A stretch of 64,000 bases of DNA from assembly GCA_951406725.2 (NCBI GenBank), contig OX597819.1, positions 78,244,001 to 78,308,000 of the forward strand, read 5' to 3'. Position numbers and translations under genes: made by a program. The DNA is from Octopus vulgaris (lineage: Eukaryota). The notes under the pieces were generated by a model. That model was not told where the DNA came from. It did not search any database and saw nothing but the letters and a program-made list of their open reading frames with translations. This document shows, piece after piece, positions 37,521-49,910 of the stretch. Each line of letters begins with the position of its first letter. The first letter of the stretch is position 1.

Positions 37521-38550
37521 CACATCAAAATGGAATGGTTAAATACCATCATGATGTGTGTACATGCATGTATCCATGCATGTGTGTGTGTGTGTGTGTC
37601 TTTGTGGGAGATTGAATAATGAAATTAAGGTGATTTAGAAGAATACATGTGTTATTTGTCTTTTGATTGATTGCGTGTGTGTTTGTGTGTTGTACATTCA
37701 TATATAAATGTGTGTGAGTGAGTATATATATATACATACACATATACATTCATATATGTATATCCTCACTTCTAAGCTGTCCATTACACATACAAATACC
37801 TTATAATGCACAATCATATTTCCACCATTGGGCATGTGCAGGCAAACATGCACACGGACACACACACACACACATGCAAACTCACATGTGTATGTACACA
37901 CACACACATATACACATGCAAACACACGTGTATGTACACACACACAAATACATGCACAAGCACAATCATACACACACACACAAGCATATATATATATATA
38001 TATATACAGAGAGAGAGAGAGAGAGATACTAAAACACTCACAGCTATGTATGTATCTGTGTATTTAATACACCTCCAGTGTGTTTGTGTGTGTGTGTTGT
38101 TTCTCCTTACTTTTGAATATTTTTTGTTGTTATGTTGGTATATTTTATTTCATTGTTGTAGAATTCTATTTTATTTATTATTATTCTTTTGTTTTTGTTT
38201 TCATTTTTTCCTTTTTCTACATTATATGAGGATTGTGTCATGTTGCCAGCTTTGTTTTGCTACATTCTCCCAACCACGAATGGTACATCTCTGTGGAAGC
38301 AGCTTTTTTTTTTTTTTTTTTTTTTTTTTCCCAAAGCAGAGTAGGGGTGAAATGACAGCCCCACCAAGCGAAATCTAATTCCAACTGGATTTATGGTTGC
38401 AATAAAAGAACATGGTTCTACACATGGATATAGTTGTGTGAATACCTCATAGTAAGGCTTTATAAAGTTGTGATTACTTTTATGATTTGATGAGAAATTC
38501 ACAACTGCAAAACACAACAACAACAACAACAACAATAATAATAATAATAA

Positions 38551-39402
38551 GCACAAGGCCTGAAATTTGTGGAGAGGGGAATAGTCGATTACATCAATCT
38601 CAGTGTTTCACTGGTACTTAATTTATTGACCCCAAAAGGATGAAAGGCAAAGTCAACCTTGGCAGAATTTGAACTTAGAAGGTAGCGATGAGTGAAATAT
38701 CACTAAGCATTTTGCCCAGCATGCTAACAGTTCTGCCTGCTTGCTTCCTGAATAGCAAAGAATATAATGGTTTCAAATTTTGGCACAAGGCCAGCAAGTT
38801 TTGGAGGAGGGAGAAAGTCAATTACATTGACCCCAGTGTTCAACTGGTACTTATTTTATTGACCCTCAAGAGAATAAAAAGCAATGTTGACCTCAGTGGA
38901 ATTTGAACTCAGACTGCAAAGATGGATGAAATGTTACTATGCATTTTGTGCGGCATGCTAATGATCCAGCCAGTTCACTGCCTCAATGATAATAATAATC
39001 CTTTCTACTGGAAGCACAAGGCCTCAAATTTGGGGGAAGGGATTAAGTCAATTACATCAACCCCAGTGCGTAACTGGTACTTATTTAATCAACCCAAAAA
39101 GGATGAAAGTTAAAGTCAATCTCGGCAGAATCTGAACTCAGAATTTAGCAACGGGTGAAATAACGATTCTGCCAGCTCATCACCTTAATAATAATGATAA
39201 TAATAATAATCCTTTCTATTATAGGCACAAGGCCTGAAGTTGTGGGGGAGGGGTCTAGTCGATTACATCAACCCCAGAATTTCATTGGTACTAAATTTAT
39301 CAACCCCAAAAGGATGAAAGGCAAAGTCAACCTTGGCAGAATTTGAATCCAGAACATAGCAACGGGCAAAATACTGCTAAGCATTTCACCTGGTATGCTA
39401 AC
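38551..39402 (-). mobile_element. Head-to-tail array of 4 or 5 CpG-decayed family B SINEs
   Basis: gcacaaggcc...gattacatc...ggatgaaaggcaaagtcaaccttggcagaatttgaac repeated with (aat)n spacers. Confidence 0.85.
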
Positions 39403-39406
39403 AGTT

Positions 39407-39651
39407 GTGACAGTACCAGAAGATCAATATATTATGAAAGAAAGAGTAAAAAGGTCAACAAATATGGAGACCTGAAAATGAGATCACCAAACATAAAGAA
39501 AGAGAGTTAAACATAAATGGAGCGTTGGATTCAATACTACCCAATCTGAAGAAACATCTGGACACTTTTGGAAATACTCTACAATCTTGGTGTATTGCAG
39601 AAGTCAGCTTTACTTGGAACTGTGCACATTCTGCATAAAGTACTGTCTGTT
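39407..39651 (+). pseudogene. R4/Dong-like LINE remnant (C-terminus of a restriction-like endonuclease domain)
   Basis: VPEDQ...K..KYGDLK...GALDSILPNLKKHLDT.EILYNLGVLQKSALLGTVHILHKVLS matches the KxxKYxDL...GALG...LQKxALLGTxxILRKVL pattern. Confidence 0.8.
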
Positions 39652-39764
39652 TACTCTCTACTTTTCTTGCCTCTGAGCTGCCTTTCCTCCTTCTTTCTGC
39701 TGGATCCCTATTTTTTCAGCTGTCTCCCGCTATTTTTAGGAGATCCTCTCTTACACGAAGGCAC

Positions 39765-40092
39765 AAGGCTTAGCAGTTATACCATCAGCTCACAATCATG
39801 AGGTAGTGAGTTCTATTCCCAGACCTGGCTGTGTTTTTGTGTTCTTGAACAAGACACTTTAGTTTACTTAGCTCCAGTTCACTCAGCTGTAGAAATGAGT
39901 TTCGATGTCACTGGTGCCAAGCTGTATCGGCCTTTGCCTTTCCCTTGGATAACATCAGTGGTGTGGAGAGCGAAGGCTTGTATGCATAGGCAGCGGCTGG
40001 TCTTCCATAAACAACCTTGCTGAGACATGTGCCTCAGAGGGAACTTTCTAGTTTCAGTCCCATGGTCATTCATGACCAAAGAGGGTCTTTAC
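39765..40092 (+). mobile_element. Family C SINE
   Basis: gagttctattccc B-box; gtgttcttgaacaagacac core. Confidence 0.75.
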
Positions 40093-40914
40093 CTTTACCC
40101 TCGCATACCCCTTTCTTGGGGGTTTTCTTTCAGTGGTCAGAAGAGGAGTTGGCTTTGCAGCTTCCTTTCATATTTTACTGAACTATATCATAATGAATTA
40201 AGGCCTTTCTCGCCCAGATTTTGTAGGTTTTGAATTGTCTCTGATGCTCTGTAATTTTTGCTTTTTTTCCTACACAAACCCATTCTAACCTCTAGGGGTA
40301 AAAATGGTCCATATTAATCTGCTTTCTATCCTTTGACCAGTCCAGCATGGCAAACCCTACAAGGTGTTTGCATTCGACTAGCATAGTTCTCAGGGTCATT
40401 GCAGTACAACCACCCCCATTGCAATGCTTACATTCAAACAGATACAAATGATTTTAATGTATCAACCCACAAATATCACAAGAATTAAAAATAACATTTT
40501 AAACCAAAAAAAAAACTAAAGAAATGAAAGTATAATTTTCCATCTACTCTCACCTGAAATTATATAATAGACTGATAGATAGCAACAAGAAACAAACTGG
40601 AGAATAAGGACGAGGAGAGAGAGAGAATGTGAAGAACTATGGTAGATCACTTTGACGATCGGTTAGAATATGAAAAGCTTGTGAAAGGCCATTGATAGGG
40701 AAGCATCTAAACTGAGAGCAGCTTATTAAAGATATGCTCTGCTGCTTGCATCAGATGCAATGGAACGTGCATTTCTGTAAATGACAGCATAATTGTGCAG
40801 GGCTGTGTGAGCTCTATAAGAGCTGTCTGAGTGGCCACATGTTTGTGTTACAACTACAAAACAATGCTTTTCAGTGCCAGCATAGAAAGAGCTTGTGTGT
40901 GTGTGTATGTGTGC

Positions 40915-40948
<34 letters not shown>

Positions 40949-41052
40949 GTATGTACACTGGCTATCTTTTTCTTCCTCTTACTATACATATCATCATACA
41001 TTTATTTTCTCATACTGGCATTAATGTGTGTGTGTGTGTACACATGCATACA

Positions 41053-41098
<46 letters not shown>

Positions 41099-41243
41099 AT
41101 ATCACATACATACATATCACATATACACACAAACATCGCACACATGATGTCACGTACATACATATCACATATACATATATCACACACACAGCACACATAC
41201 ACATATCACATGCATATCACACACACACACTCACACACGAGTA

Positions 41244-41285
<42 letters not shown>

Positions 41286-41407
41286 GCGCGCACACACATG
41301 CTAACACAATAATGTAAAAAAAAAATTGACAAACCGATACAATCACACAGAAGCTAATACTTATTTGATATAATCATAATAGTCTCAGAGACAAACAATA
41401 CTTGCTT

Positions 41408-41457
<50 letters not shown>

Positions 41458-41923
41458 CTGAAAACTGCTTTTGATAGACTGATTGTATGTATGTCAATAT
41501 CTAAGTTGAAAGTTTAGTAACAGCCAACCAGCTACCAGAGGTAGTGTTAGAAACCTCATTTAGCCAACAACCAGAATCAAACTTGTCAAATGCATCATAC
41601 CTTCTAATTCATACCAACCTTTAGCCTTAAATGTTCTTATCCTGCGTCTGCTACTGTTGCCATTTTAAATCTGCAGAACCTAATGCAGTGTGAATGGTTT
41701 GGAGGTGGAAAATAGCTAACTATAGAGAAAGTGTGCTGTGTGTGTGTATGTGTGTGTGTGTGTGTGTGCATTGTATTTGATATGTATATATGTGTATATG
41801 TACATTTGTATGTGTGTGAGTGTGCTATATTCAACACACATATATGTATATGTATTTGTGTCTATGTCTATATATATATATATATATATATATACATCTT
41901 ACAATTAATCTTTGTGTGTGTGT

Positions 41924-41959
<36 letters not shown>

Positions 41960-42865
41960 AAATAATTTAATGCAATGCACACGTGTAAATGTATATAAAT
42001 GTGTGGTTATATTTTAATGTGTGCGTGTGTGTGTGTGTGTGTTGGGATATTTCCATGTTTATGTGTTGTATTTAAAATACACATGTATGTATGTATGTAT
42101 GTATATATGAGCCGTATTTAACACATACATTTCTAAGAGTTTATTCTGTTGTGAGTATGTATGTTCAGTAACTTGTGAATAACAATTTAGATTATATAAA
42201 TAAAAGAAAAGGAAGAAAGAAAGATCTGAGAGTGAGAGAGAGAGAGGGGGAGAGAGAAATGACAGTTGTGTATAATTGCCTGATGTTGCCAGCTGTTTAA
42301 TAAATGTATATTATATGAGTGTGTTTATGTGTACATACACCCTATATACATGTGCAAATACGTGCACGCATACCTCAGACCCACACATCACAAAAATAAA
42401 GAGAAAGTATACTTTTCTAGTCATTAGTATATGTTCTAACAATAGTCACACTGACATTATTGTATCTCACCTAATGGTCAGAACATTCTCTTATCAAAAG
42501 ATCTGTCAAGAACATCATCTCCTCGCGTTTGTATGGCGTCCCTTGGTAACAACTGTACAGTTTTCGGTGGTAACAACTGGACACCGTCCAGTAGATAATA
42601 TTGAGTTTCTGCTTCGTATTCTATGTTTCAGCCAGCAGTGGCACACTTTGTAGTCGCTCAGATGTTTTCAATCCCGACTGCGAAAACCTCTGTCGGCAAA
42701 CTGTTACTCTCTTCTATGTACATTAAACATAAATTAGGCTTTCTGTGTAGATTGTGTCGACTCAGAAACCGTACCATATTCATCCGTTGGAGCAACAAGG
42801 ACCACCTAAGCCATTCTTGAGGGGAAGATGACTGATAACTTGTACAGTGACTTTGTGTAATTCTG

Positions 42866-43406
42866 TAAGCATTCAGATTACTCTACCAAATGTAATGCTT
42901 GTTTATTCACATAGTTTTGAATTAACCATGCATTGGCACATACCGCAGAGGTTAGAGCATTGGGCTTACAACCTTGTGGTTATGAGTTCAATTCCCAGAC
43001 TGAGCTGTGTGTTGTGTTCTTGAGCAAGACACTTTATTTCACATTGCTCCAGTTCACTCAGCTGTAGAAATGAGTTGCGACGTCACTGGTGCCAAGCTGT
43101 ATTGGCCTTTGCCTTTTCCTTGGACAACATCGGTGGTGTGGGGAGGGGAAATGGCATGCACAGGCAACTGCTGGTCTCCCACAAACAAACTTGCCCGCAC
43201 TTGTGTCTCGGAAGGAACTTTCTAAGTGCAATCCCATGAAGGGGGTCTTTTACGCTATCTTGATTATAGCTTTGAAGTTTTTATGATTTGATTGTTTGTT
43301 TTTAGAATGACATTGTTGGGTAGATATAAGAGGCCAGATTTGGCTGGGTTGAATATAAAACAGGTAGAATATTTGGGCCTGATATGGCCAGTTTTAATGC
43401 TAAAGG
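42866..43406 (-). mobile_element. piggyBac-like MITE interrupted by a family C SINE (42936-43252, plus)
   Basis: Ends ...aatgctaaaggaTTAA; the SINE has gagttcaattccc and gtgttcttgagcaagacac. Confidence 0.7.
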
Positions 43407-44837
43407 ATTAATGTGAAGAAGAGTTGCACACTGTCAACTCTCACTCTCTCACCTATGACCATCTTCAGTCCAGTGGATAGTCTAGGGAATGGAGCTGGAT
43501 GTAGTGGATGACCAAGATACCCTACTTGCCTCATCTTTCTCTCTGCACTTCACAATGTGTTGCTGAAGCTGCTTGCTCTTCTGTTGAACTATGAAGCTTT
43601 TTGTTTGCAGTGTGCACTGAATCCAGTTTTCACATGCATAGATAGTAATACCCTAAATATGCTAATTAACCTACAGCTAGGACCCTTAACAAGTGCTGTT
43701 ACTCTGGGTCAGAGTAGCCCTAGGAACAACAGTGGCTAAGAGGTAGTTCCTTGTACCTCAAAAACTCCTGAACTGGGACCTTACTGTCAGATGCAGTTTA
43801 TAGTCACACCCAGGACAAAACCCTACTTTCATGAGCTTACATAATGTGTTGTTATCATTATCATCATATTTGGTTTTGGGATTTGATCAAAACTATTGAA
43901 AAGGTTGCAAGATGCAACGAAAATTTTAGGACAATAAAAATAAGAAAAAAGTGGAAATTTTACTGGTGAGTGTGCTGCATAATAAGGCACAAAAAGAAAA
44001 TTACTCTCCCCAGACACAACAGAATTATCATCATAATTATTGTTTTAATATACTGCCTATTAAGATGCTGTAACATGCATCATAATACCAGAGGGAAGAG
44101 ATAGAGAATTCTGTAAAATGCAATCAACCAACTCTGAAGTTTGCTCTCTGTTACTAGTCAACAGCTACAGCCATAATGAACATTAAAAAATAAAAATGCA
44201 AAAAACTAGTTGCTTTTGAGTTTAGCTGCCTCACATCATTTCATTCACAAAATAACAATTCACAGAGAGGAACTCTCATTATTTTAACTTTAGATATAAT
44301 GATGATAAGAGCAATTTATATATATTTCTTTATTAACAATCTGTCATTTTGTTGTCAAGGATGCTATGATACATTTTTAAGTTCTCAGTAAACTGCCATT
44401 CCCAGGTGTATACATTTTGCATGTGACACTATTCAATTGGGAAAATCTTGAATGTCAAAAATTCTCATTTCCCCCCATCATCTAAATGTTATAAATCTAT
44501 TGATTTATGCTTTAAAATGCAATATATTATCTATTCACAAAATAATTGTATTTCAAAAATAAATTTTATAATAACCTGTACCCTACAGACAATTTATAGT
44601 TTTTAAAAGCTGCTCTTCATAAGTACTTATCAATAATCTATTTAGATTTAGTTAGATTGATAGAAGTCTATCTAGAGAATCCACCTGTGCTTCATATCTC
44701 CAATCTATTTAGCTATATAAATTGATAAAAGTCCACCTAAAGACTCTAGCTATGTCTCATATTGTCAGTCTATTTGGATAGATTGATAGAAGACCACCTC
44801 AGGACTCCACCAATCTTTTATTTTTGCTATTAATTTA

Positions 44838-45250
44838 TCTATAATATAAATTGGACATGGGCAATCATTGTATTCTTTCTTGTCTTGAGGTTCATAGCCA
44901 AACGGCTGGGTGGATTCGCATGAAAAATGGCACACATGTGGAGACGGGTGCATAAATTGGAATGCAGTTTGTATTTTTTTCCTAGCCCCCATACTTACCG
45001 AAAAAAAAATTGATTAAAACTTTTTCTAATAGAATTCCCCTCTTTCTTCTGCCATTAAAACAACCAGTTGCTTAGAAGCTGTTTTCTGATGGGGTGGGGC
45101 CAGGAAATTTTCATACAGCTGGAGGCTCCAATCAAAACAGGGAACCCGAAATGATAAGGTTGAGAAATGCTGTTATAGATTATGCCTAACTGAAAACGAT
45201 CATAGACAAATCATCCAAACAGACCAGGTAAAACCGGGCTTAGCTGCTAG
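44838..45250 (+). mobile_element. Non-autonomous Helitron
   Basis: A|TCtataatataaat 5' end; aaacggctgggtggattcgcatgaaaaatggcac motif; 3' ccaggtaaaaccggg hairpin-like segment then CTAG|T; no target-site duplication. Confidence 0.75.
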
Positions 45251-45900
45251 TTAAATATATAGACAGAAGTGAACCTAAAGACTGCATTATTGCATCTTGT
45301 CAATCAATTTAAATAGACAAATTCAAGGAAGTCCATCTATAGACTCCACTTGTTTTATTTCTGCTATCTATTTAAACAGATAGCACCTAAGAATTCCACC
45401 TGTATTTTATGTCTCCGGTCTATTTATATAGAGAGATTCAAAGAAGTTCATCTACAGATTCCACCTGTATTTCATTTCTGCTATCAATTCCAATAGATAG
45501 AGTGAAAGAAACCCACCTAAGGATTCCACCTGTGTTTCATGTCTCCAGTCTATTTAAATAGATACAGGATGCTGAAGCTTTCCTACGAAATGACAAAGGA
45601 CCATGATATCTGGTACCTTGCTGTATTCAAAAAGACCCGTCCTCCACAGCAGAAGTATTAAGGCCACTCCCCTGATGAAGAAGATTGGCCTGCAAGAGTC
45701 ATGTGCAGGCACCACATAAAAGGCACTCATGCTGGTGCCACATTAAAAGCATCCAGCACACACTGAAAAGGGCTTAGTGTTAGGAAGGGCATCCAGCTAT
45801 AGAAACCAAGCCAAATCAGAATGGATTCTGGTGCAGCTCTCCTACTTGCCAGCTGTGGTCAAACTGTCCAACTCATGTCAGCATGGAAAACAGACGTTAA

Positions 45901-46122
45901 CCCTTTCATTACCATATTTATTTTGAGATGCTCAGTGTTTCTTTCAATGATTTAAAATATAACAAAAGAATTTAGTAAAATAACTTAGCTATCTTTAAGT
46001 TAGTGTTAGGAATATAAATTGTGACTAAAATTTGGTATAAGATTTTAATTCAAAACTTATGAAAACAAAACATTTGTACTACAGAGACAGAGCTGGTTTC
46101 AGCTGGGCTGGTAATGAAAGGG
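45901..46122. mobile_element. piggyBac-like MITE inserted in a family D tail
   Basis: TTAA-ccctttcattacca...tggtaatgaaaggg-TTAA (perfect 14-bp TIRs). Confidence 0.9.
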
Positions 46123-46660
46123 TTAAAGGATGATGATGATGATGATGATTCAAAGAAGTCCATCTAAGGACTTCACCTATATCTCATCATGTCTATCTAT
46201 TTAGATAGATTAATAGAAGTCCTCCTATAGACTCCACCTGTGCTTCAGTTGAAACTTTCTACACACACTGCTCCATGACAGAAAGCAGTGACATATTTCT
46301 CTCCAGTTCATGCTACTGACCAACTTCATGTTACTTCCTGCTGCACAAATCATTTTGTAATTCACTCCTCCTCAGACTTTTTCCATACATGAATCTTCTA
46401 TACACAACCTAAACACTACCAAGCCAGACACACACACACTGATTCTGTTGAAATAAACCTCACAAACATCCTCTTATGGGGGTGGGTAGGTTACATAGCA
46501 TCTTAAAATCTTGGTACTGATGAAGGAGACTATCATAACATACATCATATAAAACAGTCTACTCACAAGGCTTTGGTTGGCCTAAGGCTATAATAGAAGA
46601 CACTGAACCTGGAACCATGTAGTTGAAGCAAGCTTCTTACCACCGAGCCACATCTGCACT

Positions 46661-46692
<32 letters not shown>

Positions 46693-46706
46693 TATATATA
46701 TATACA

Positions 46707-46932
46707 CACCAGAGTAAGTACATAAATGCAAAACAAGGTGGAACAAATAGTACTCAAATACCAGAGGTAGAGTAACATGCTTTGTTAAAAAGCAGCAATA
46801 TCACAAAAGCTGTTATTCAGAGTTTCATGTTCCCGTTTGTCAGACAGTTTTGTTTCAAATCTAAATAAAACTGTGGGAAAGTGAAACTCTGACCAACAGT
46901 TTTTGTAATATAACTGCTGCTTTTAAATAAAG
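46707..46932 (-). mobile_element. Penelope-like terminal-repeat fragment with an inverted partial copy and a decayed hammerhead
   Basis: Arms 46780-46851 and 46867-46932; minus strand reads aaaactgt CTGACAA acgggaacat GAAAC tctga ATA acagctttt. Confidence 0.55.
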
Positions 46933-47107
46933 TACACACACACACATATATGTATGTGTATAGACATATATATTCAGAAGGTTGTTTGTTAAGGCTGGTC
47001 AGAGAGTGACAAATTGGTTCAATCTTCTAAGTATTGCAACTCTAATGTTTTAGAGTGTGCTTCTTTTTTGGATATATGAACTACTGACTTATATACATAT
47101 ATATATA

Positions 47108-47950
47108 TTCTTTTACTTGTTTCTGTCATTTGACTGTGGCCATGCTTCAGTGCACCACTTTAAGATGTTTTAGCCAAACCAATTGACCCTAGGACTTATT
47201 TTTAAGACCTATCATTATCTTTTGCTGAAACACTAGATTACGGGGACATAAACATAACAACACTGGTTGTCAAGCAGAGATAGGGAGACAAACACGAAGA
47301 CACACATACACATTTATATATGTATATATATATATATACATGCTAGCATGGAGAACGGACGCTAAACGACGATGATATATATATATATATAACATAAACA
47401 TGACAGGGTTTCAGTTTCCATTTACCAAATCCACTCAGAAGGCTTTGGGTGGCCCATGGCTATAGTAGGAGACGCTTGCCCAACATGCCACGCCCTGGGA
47501 CTGAAGCCTGAACTATGTGATTGGGAATCAAGCTTCTTACCACACAGCCACTCCTGCACCTATCTAGGTATGTGAATTGAGCATATGTTAATACCTCCTT
47601 GACTTGATATAGTTTGATTATTGTGAATGAACATTCATTTCCAATCATCATCATCATCATCATCGTTTAACGTCCGCTTTCCATGTTAGCATGGGTTGGA
47701 CGATTTTGACTGAGGGCTAGCAAACCAGATTGCTGCACCAGGCTCCAATCTTGATTTGGCAGAGTTTCTACAGCTGGATGCCCTTCCTAAAGCCAATATT
47801 CAGCAAAATCATGTCTGGCCATGGAAAAATATAAGTTTGCTTGAAAACAGGTGAAGGTCGGCAACAGTAAGGGCATCCAGCAGTAAAAACAATTCCACCT
47901 CAAATAACTACATCCAGCCCATGATAGCATGGTAAAGAGAACGTTAAAAT
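47108..47950. mobile_element. Family A SINE (47108-47560, minus) and two family D copies (47645-47950)
   Basis: Consensus motifs as in the other copies. Confidence 0.75.
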
Positions 47951-48976
47951 GATTATGGTGGCGGTGGTGACATTTGCATCCCTGGAACTGCGGCTTTATG
48001 TTTATCATCTTCCTACCATGTGGTTCCCCACGGACATGGACTTTCGCAATCTCAACATATCAGTTGGTGTGTGTAAATGTGTGTGTGTGTGTGTGCGAGA
48101 GAGAGAGAGAGAGAGCAGTGGACTCAACTTCTGCTCTCTGAACGCTTATACTGAGCTAAGAGTTTGTGCTTGTGTCAATCGATTTCTCTCTCTCTCTCTC
48201 TCTCTCTCTATCACACACACATGATAGAGACAGATAGACAGACGGAGAGAAACGTGTAGATTCAGTGTAAGTGTTCAGTACAGCATTCGGCCAGGTTAAC
48301 CTATGAGATAATAGGACATTGGTAACTATAATTATGATAAATAGACAATGGTCATTCTTATCAAATAACATTCCTACAAGGGAAGAAACTAGAAATAAAT
48401 TGAGGGAAAACGTTTAAGAGTAGATGTCGGAGTTGGGGGGAAAAACCATATTTCAAATTGATGAGGTAGCTGACCTCTCTCAAAATTATTCAATTTGACA
48501 GGAGATTGACGTTACTAAGGGGACATAATACACGGTTAAAGCCCACATCTTCGGAGAAAGAACGAACGAAAGTTCTTGGTTTGATGTACGACGATGCAAG
48601 AGAGTTAATTTATACATTTTATTTTAGTCTTCGATTATTATTTGTAGTACTGTGACTGCACCGATGATCAGGTCTTTCGACTTGTTTGTGCGACATTTCT
48701 GACTATAGAGTCTCTTAATTCTTTTTTCCGAACTTTCTACCTGATTTAAACTGCTAGAAATAGCTGTAAAAACTCCTTAAAACCACACCTTTCGATCTTT
48801 AATAAAGGACACCATAGATGTCGATAAAAACCAGTTATTTACTGAGTCATTTGGTATCATTTGATCATCCCCCCTCCTCACCAAATCGCTGGTCAATTGT
48901 CTCAACTCGAAACCAATGCTATTATTCAACGTCTCTACGTTATTATTCAATTGTCTCAACTAGAAACCAATGTTAT

Positions 48977-49640
48977 GGCGGCGAGCTGGCAGAATCGTTA
49001 GCACGCCAGGCAAAATGCTCAGCAAGATTTCGTCCGTCTTTATGTTCTGAGTTCAAATTCCGCTGAGGTCGACTTTGCCTTTCATCCTTTCGGAGTTGAT
49101 AAATTAAGTACCTATTACGTACTGGGGTTCGATATAATCGACCAGCCCCTACCCCAAAACTTCAGTTCTTGTGCCTATAGTAGAAAGGATTATTTAAGGC
49201 GGTGAGCTAGTAGAATTGTTAGCACGCTGGGCGAAATGCTTTGCGGCATTTCGTCCATCTTAACGTTCAGAGTTCAAATTCAAGCGAGGCGACTTTGCCT
49301 TTCATCCTTTCGGGGTCGATAAAATAAATACCAGTTGAACACTGAGATGGATGTAATCGACTTATCCTCTACCCCAAAATTGCTAGTCTTGTGCCAAAAT
49401 ATGAATTTATTATTTAACAGGTCAATGAAGGTACCTTTCATCCTTTCCCACTTGATAAAATTGGTGCTAGTTAAGCACTGGTGTCGATGTAATTGATTGG
49501 CTCCTTCCCGTAAAGTTGCTAGCCTATAACAATAATAAAAAGAATGTTAAACTATAAACTGGCAGAATTGTTATTGCGCTAGATAAAAATCCTTAGCGGC
49601 CCTTCTTCCGTCTCTACACGTCCTGGATTCAAATTCTGTC
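48977..49640 (+). mobile_element. Tandem array of family B SINEs (CpG largely retained)
   Basis: ggcggcgagctggcagaatcg...gagttcaaattcc...gaggtcgactttgcctttcatcctttcgg repeated. Confidence 0.85.
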
Positions 49641-49656
49641 GCGATTCTACCCGATG

Positions 49657-49709
49657 TTAAAATTAATTTGTTTGAAATTTTAAGGTGTTTCTATTTTGTC
49701 CAACCCCTG
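49657..49709 (+). mobile_element. Solo right end of the Tc1 family seen at 18309-19425
   Basis: tttgaaattttaaggtgtttc-tattttgtccaacccctg. Confidence 0.7.
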
Positions 49710-49711
49710 TG

Positions 49712-49757
<46 letters not shown>

Positions 49758-49873
49758 CGCAGGCTCCGTGTTCAATCCCACTGCGTGACACCTTGGGCAA
49801 GTGTCTTCTACTATTGACTCGGGCCGACCAAAGCCTTGAGAGTGGATTTGGTTGACGAAAACCGAAAGCCGGT

Positions 49874-49910
<37 letters not shown>

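Larger units (their letters stand above)
44638..46250. repeat. Diverged ~60-65-bp tandem array (about 10 units) interrupted by three transposable elements
   Basis: Unit ctatttagatagattaatagaagtccacctaaagactccacctgtgcttcat... Confidence 0.8.

Noticed and set aside
42276-42820. Two overlapping plus-strand ORFs over the CpG patch
   Set aside because: No protein-like signal; the minus-strand frames also contain stops
44638-46250. Repeat-spacer appearance suggesting a CRISPR array (also 27707-28038)
   Set aside because: Whole units are degenerate copies with no unique spacers, the context is eukaryotic, and there are no cas genes
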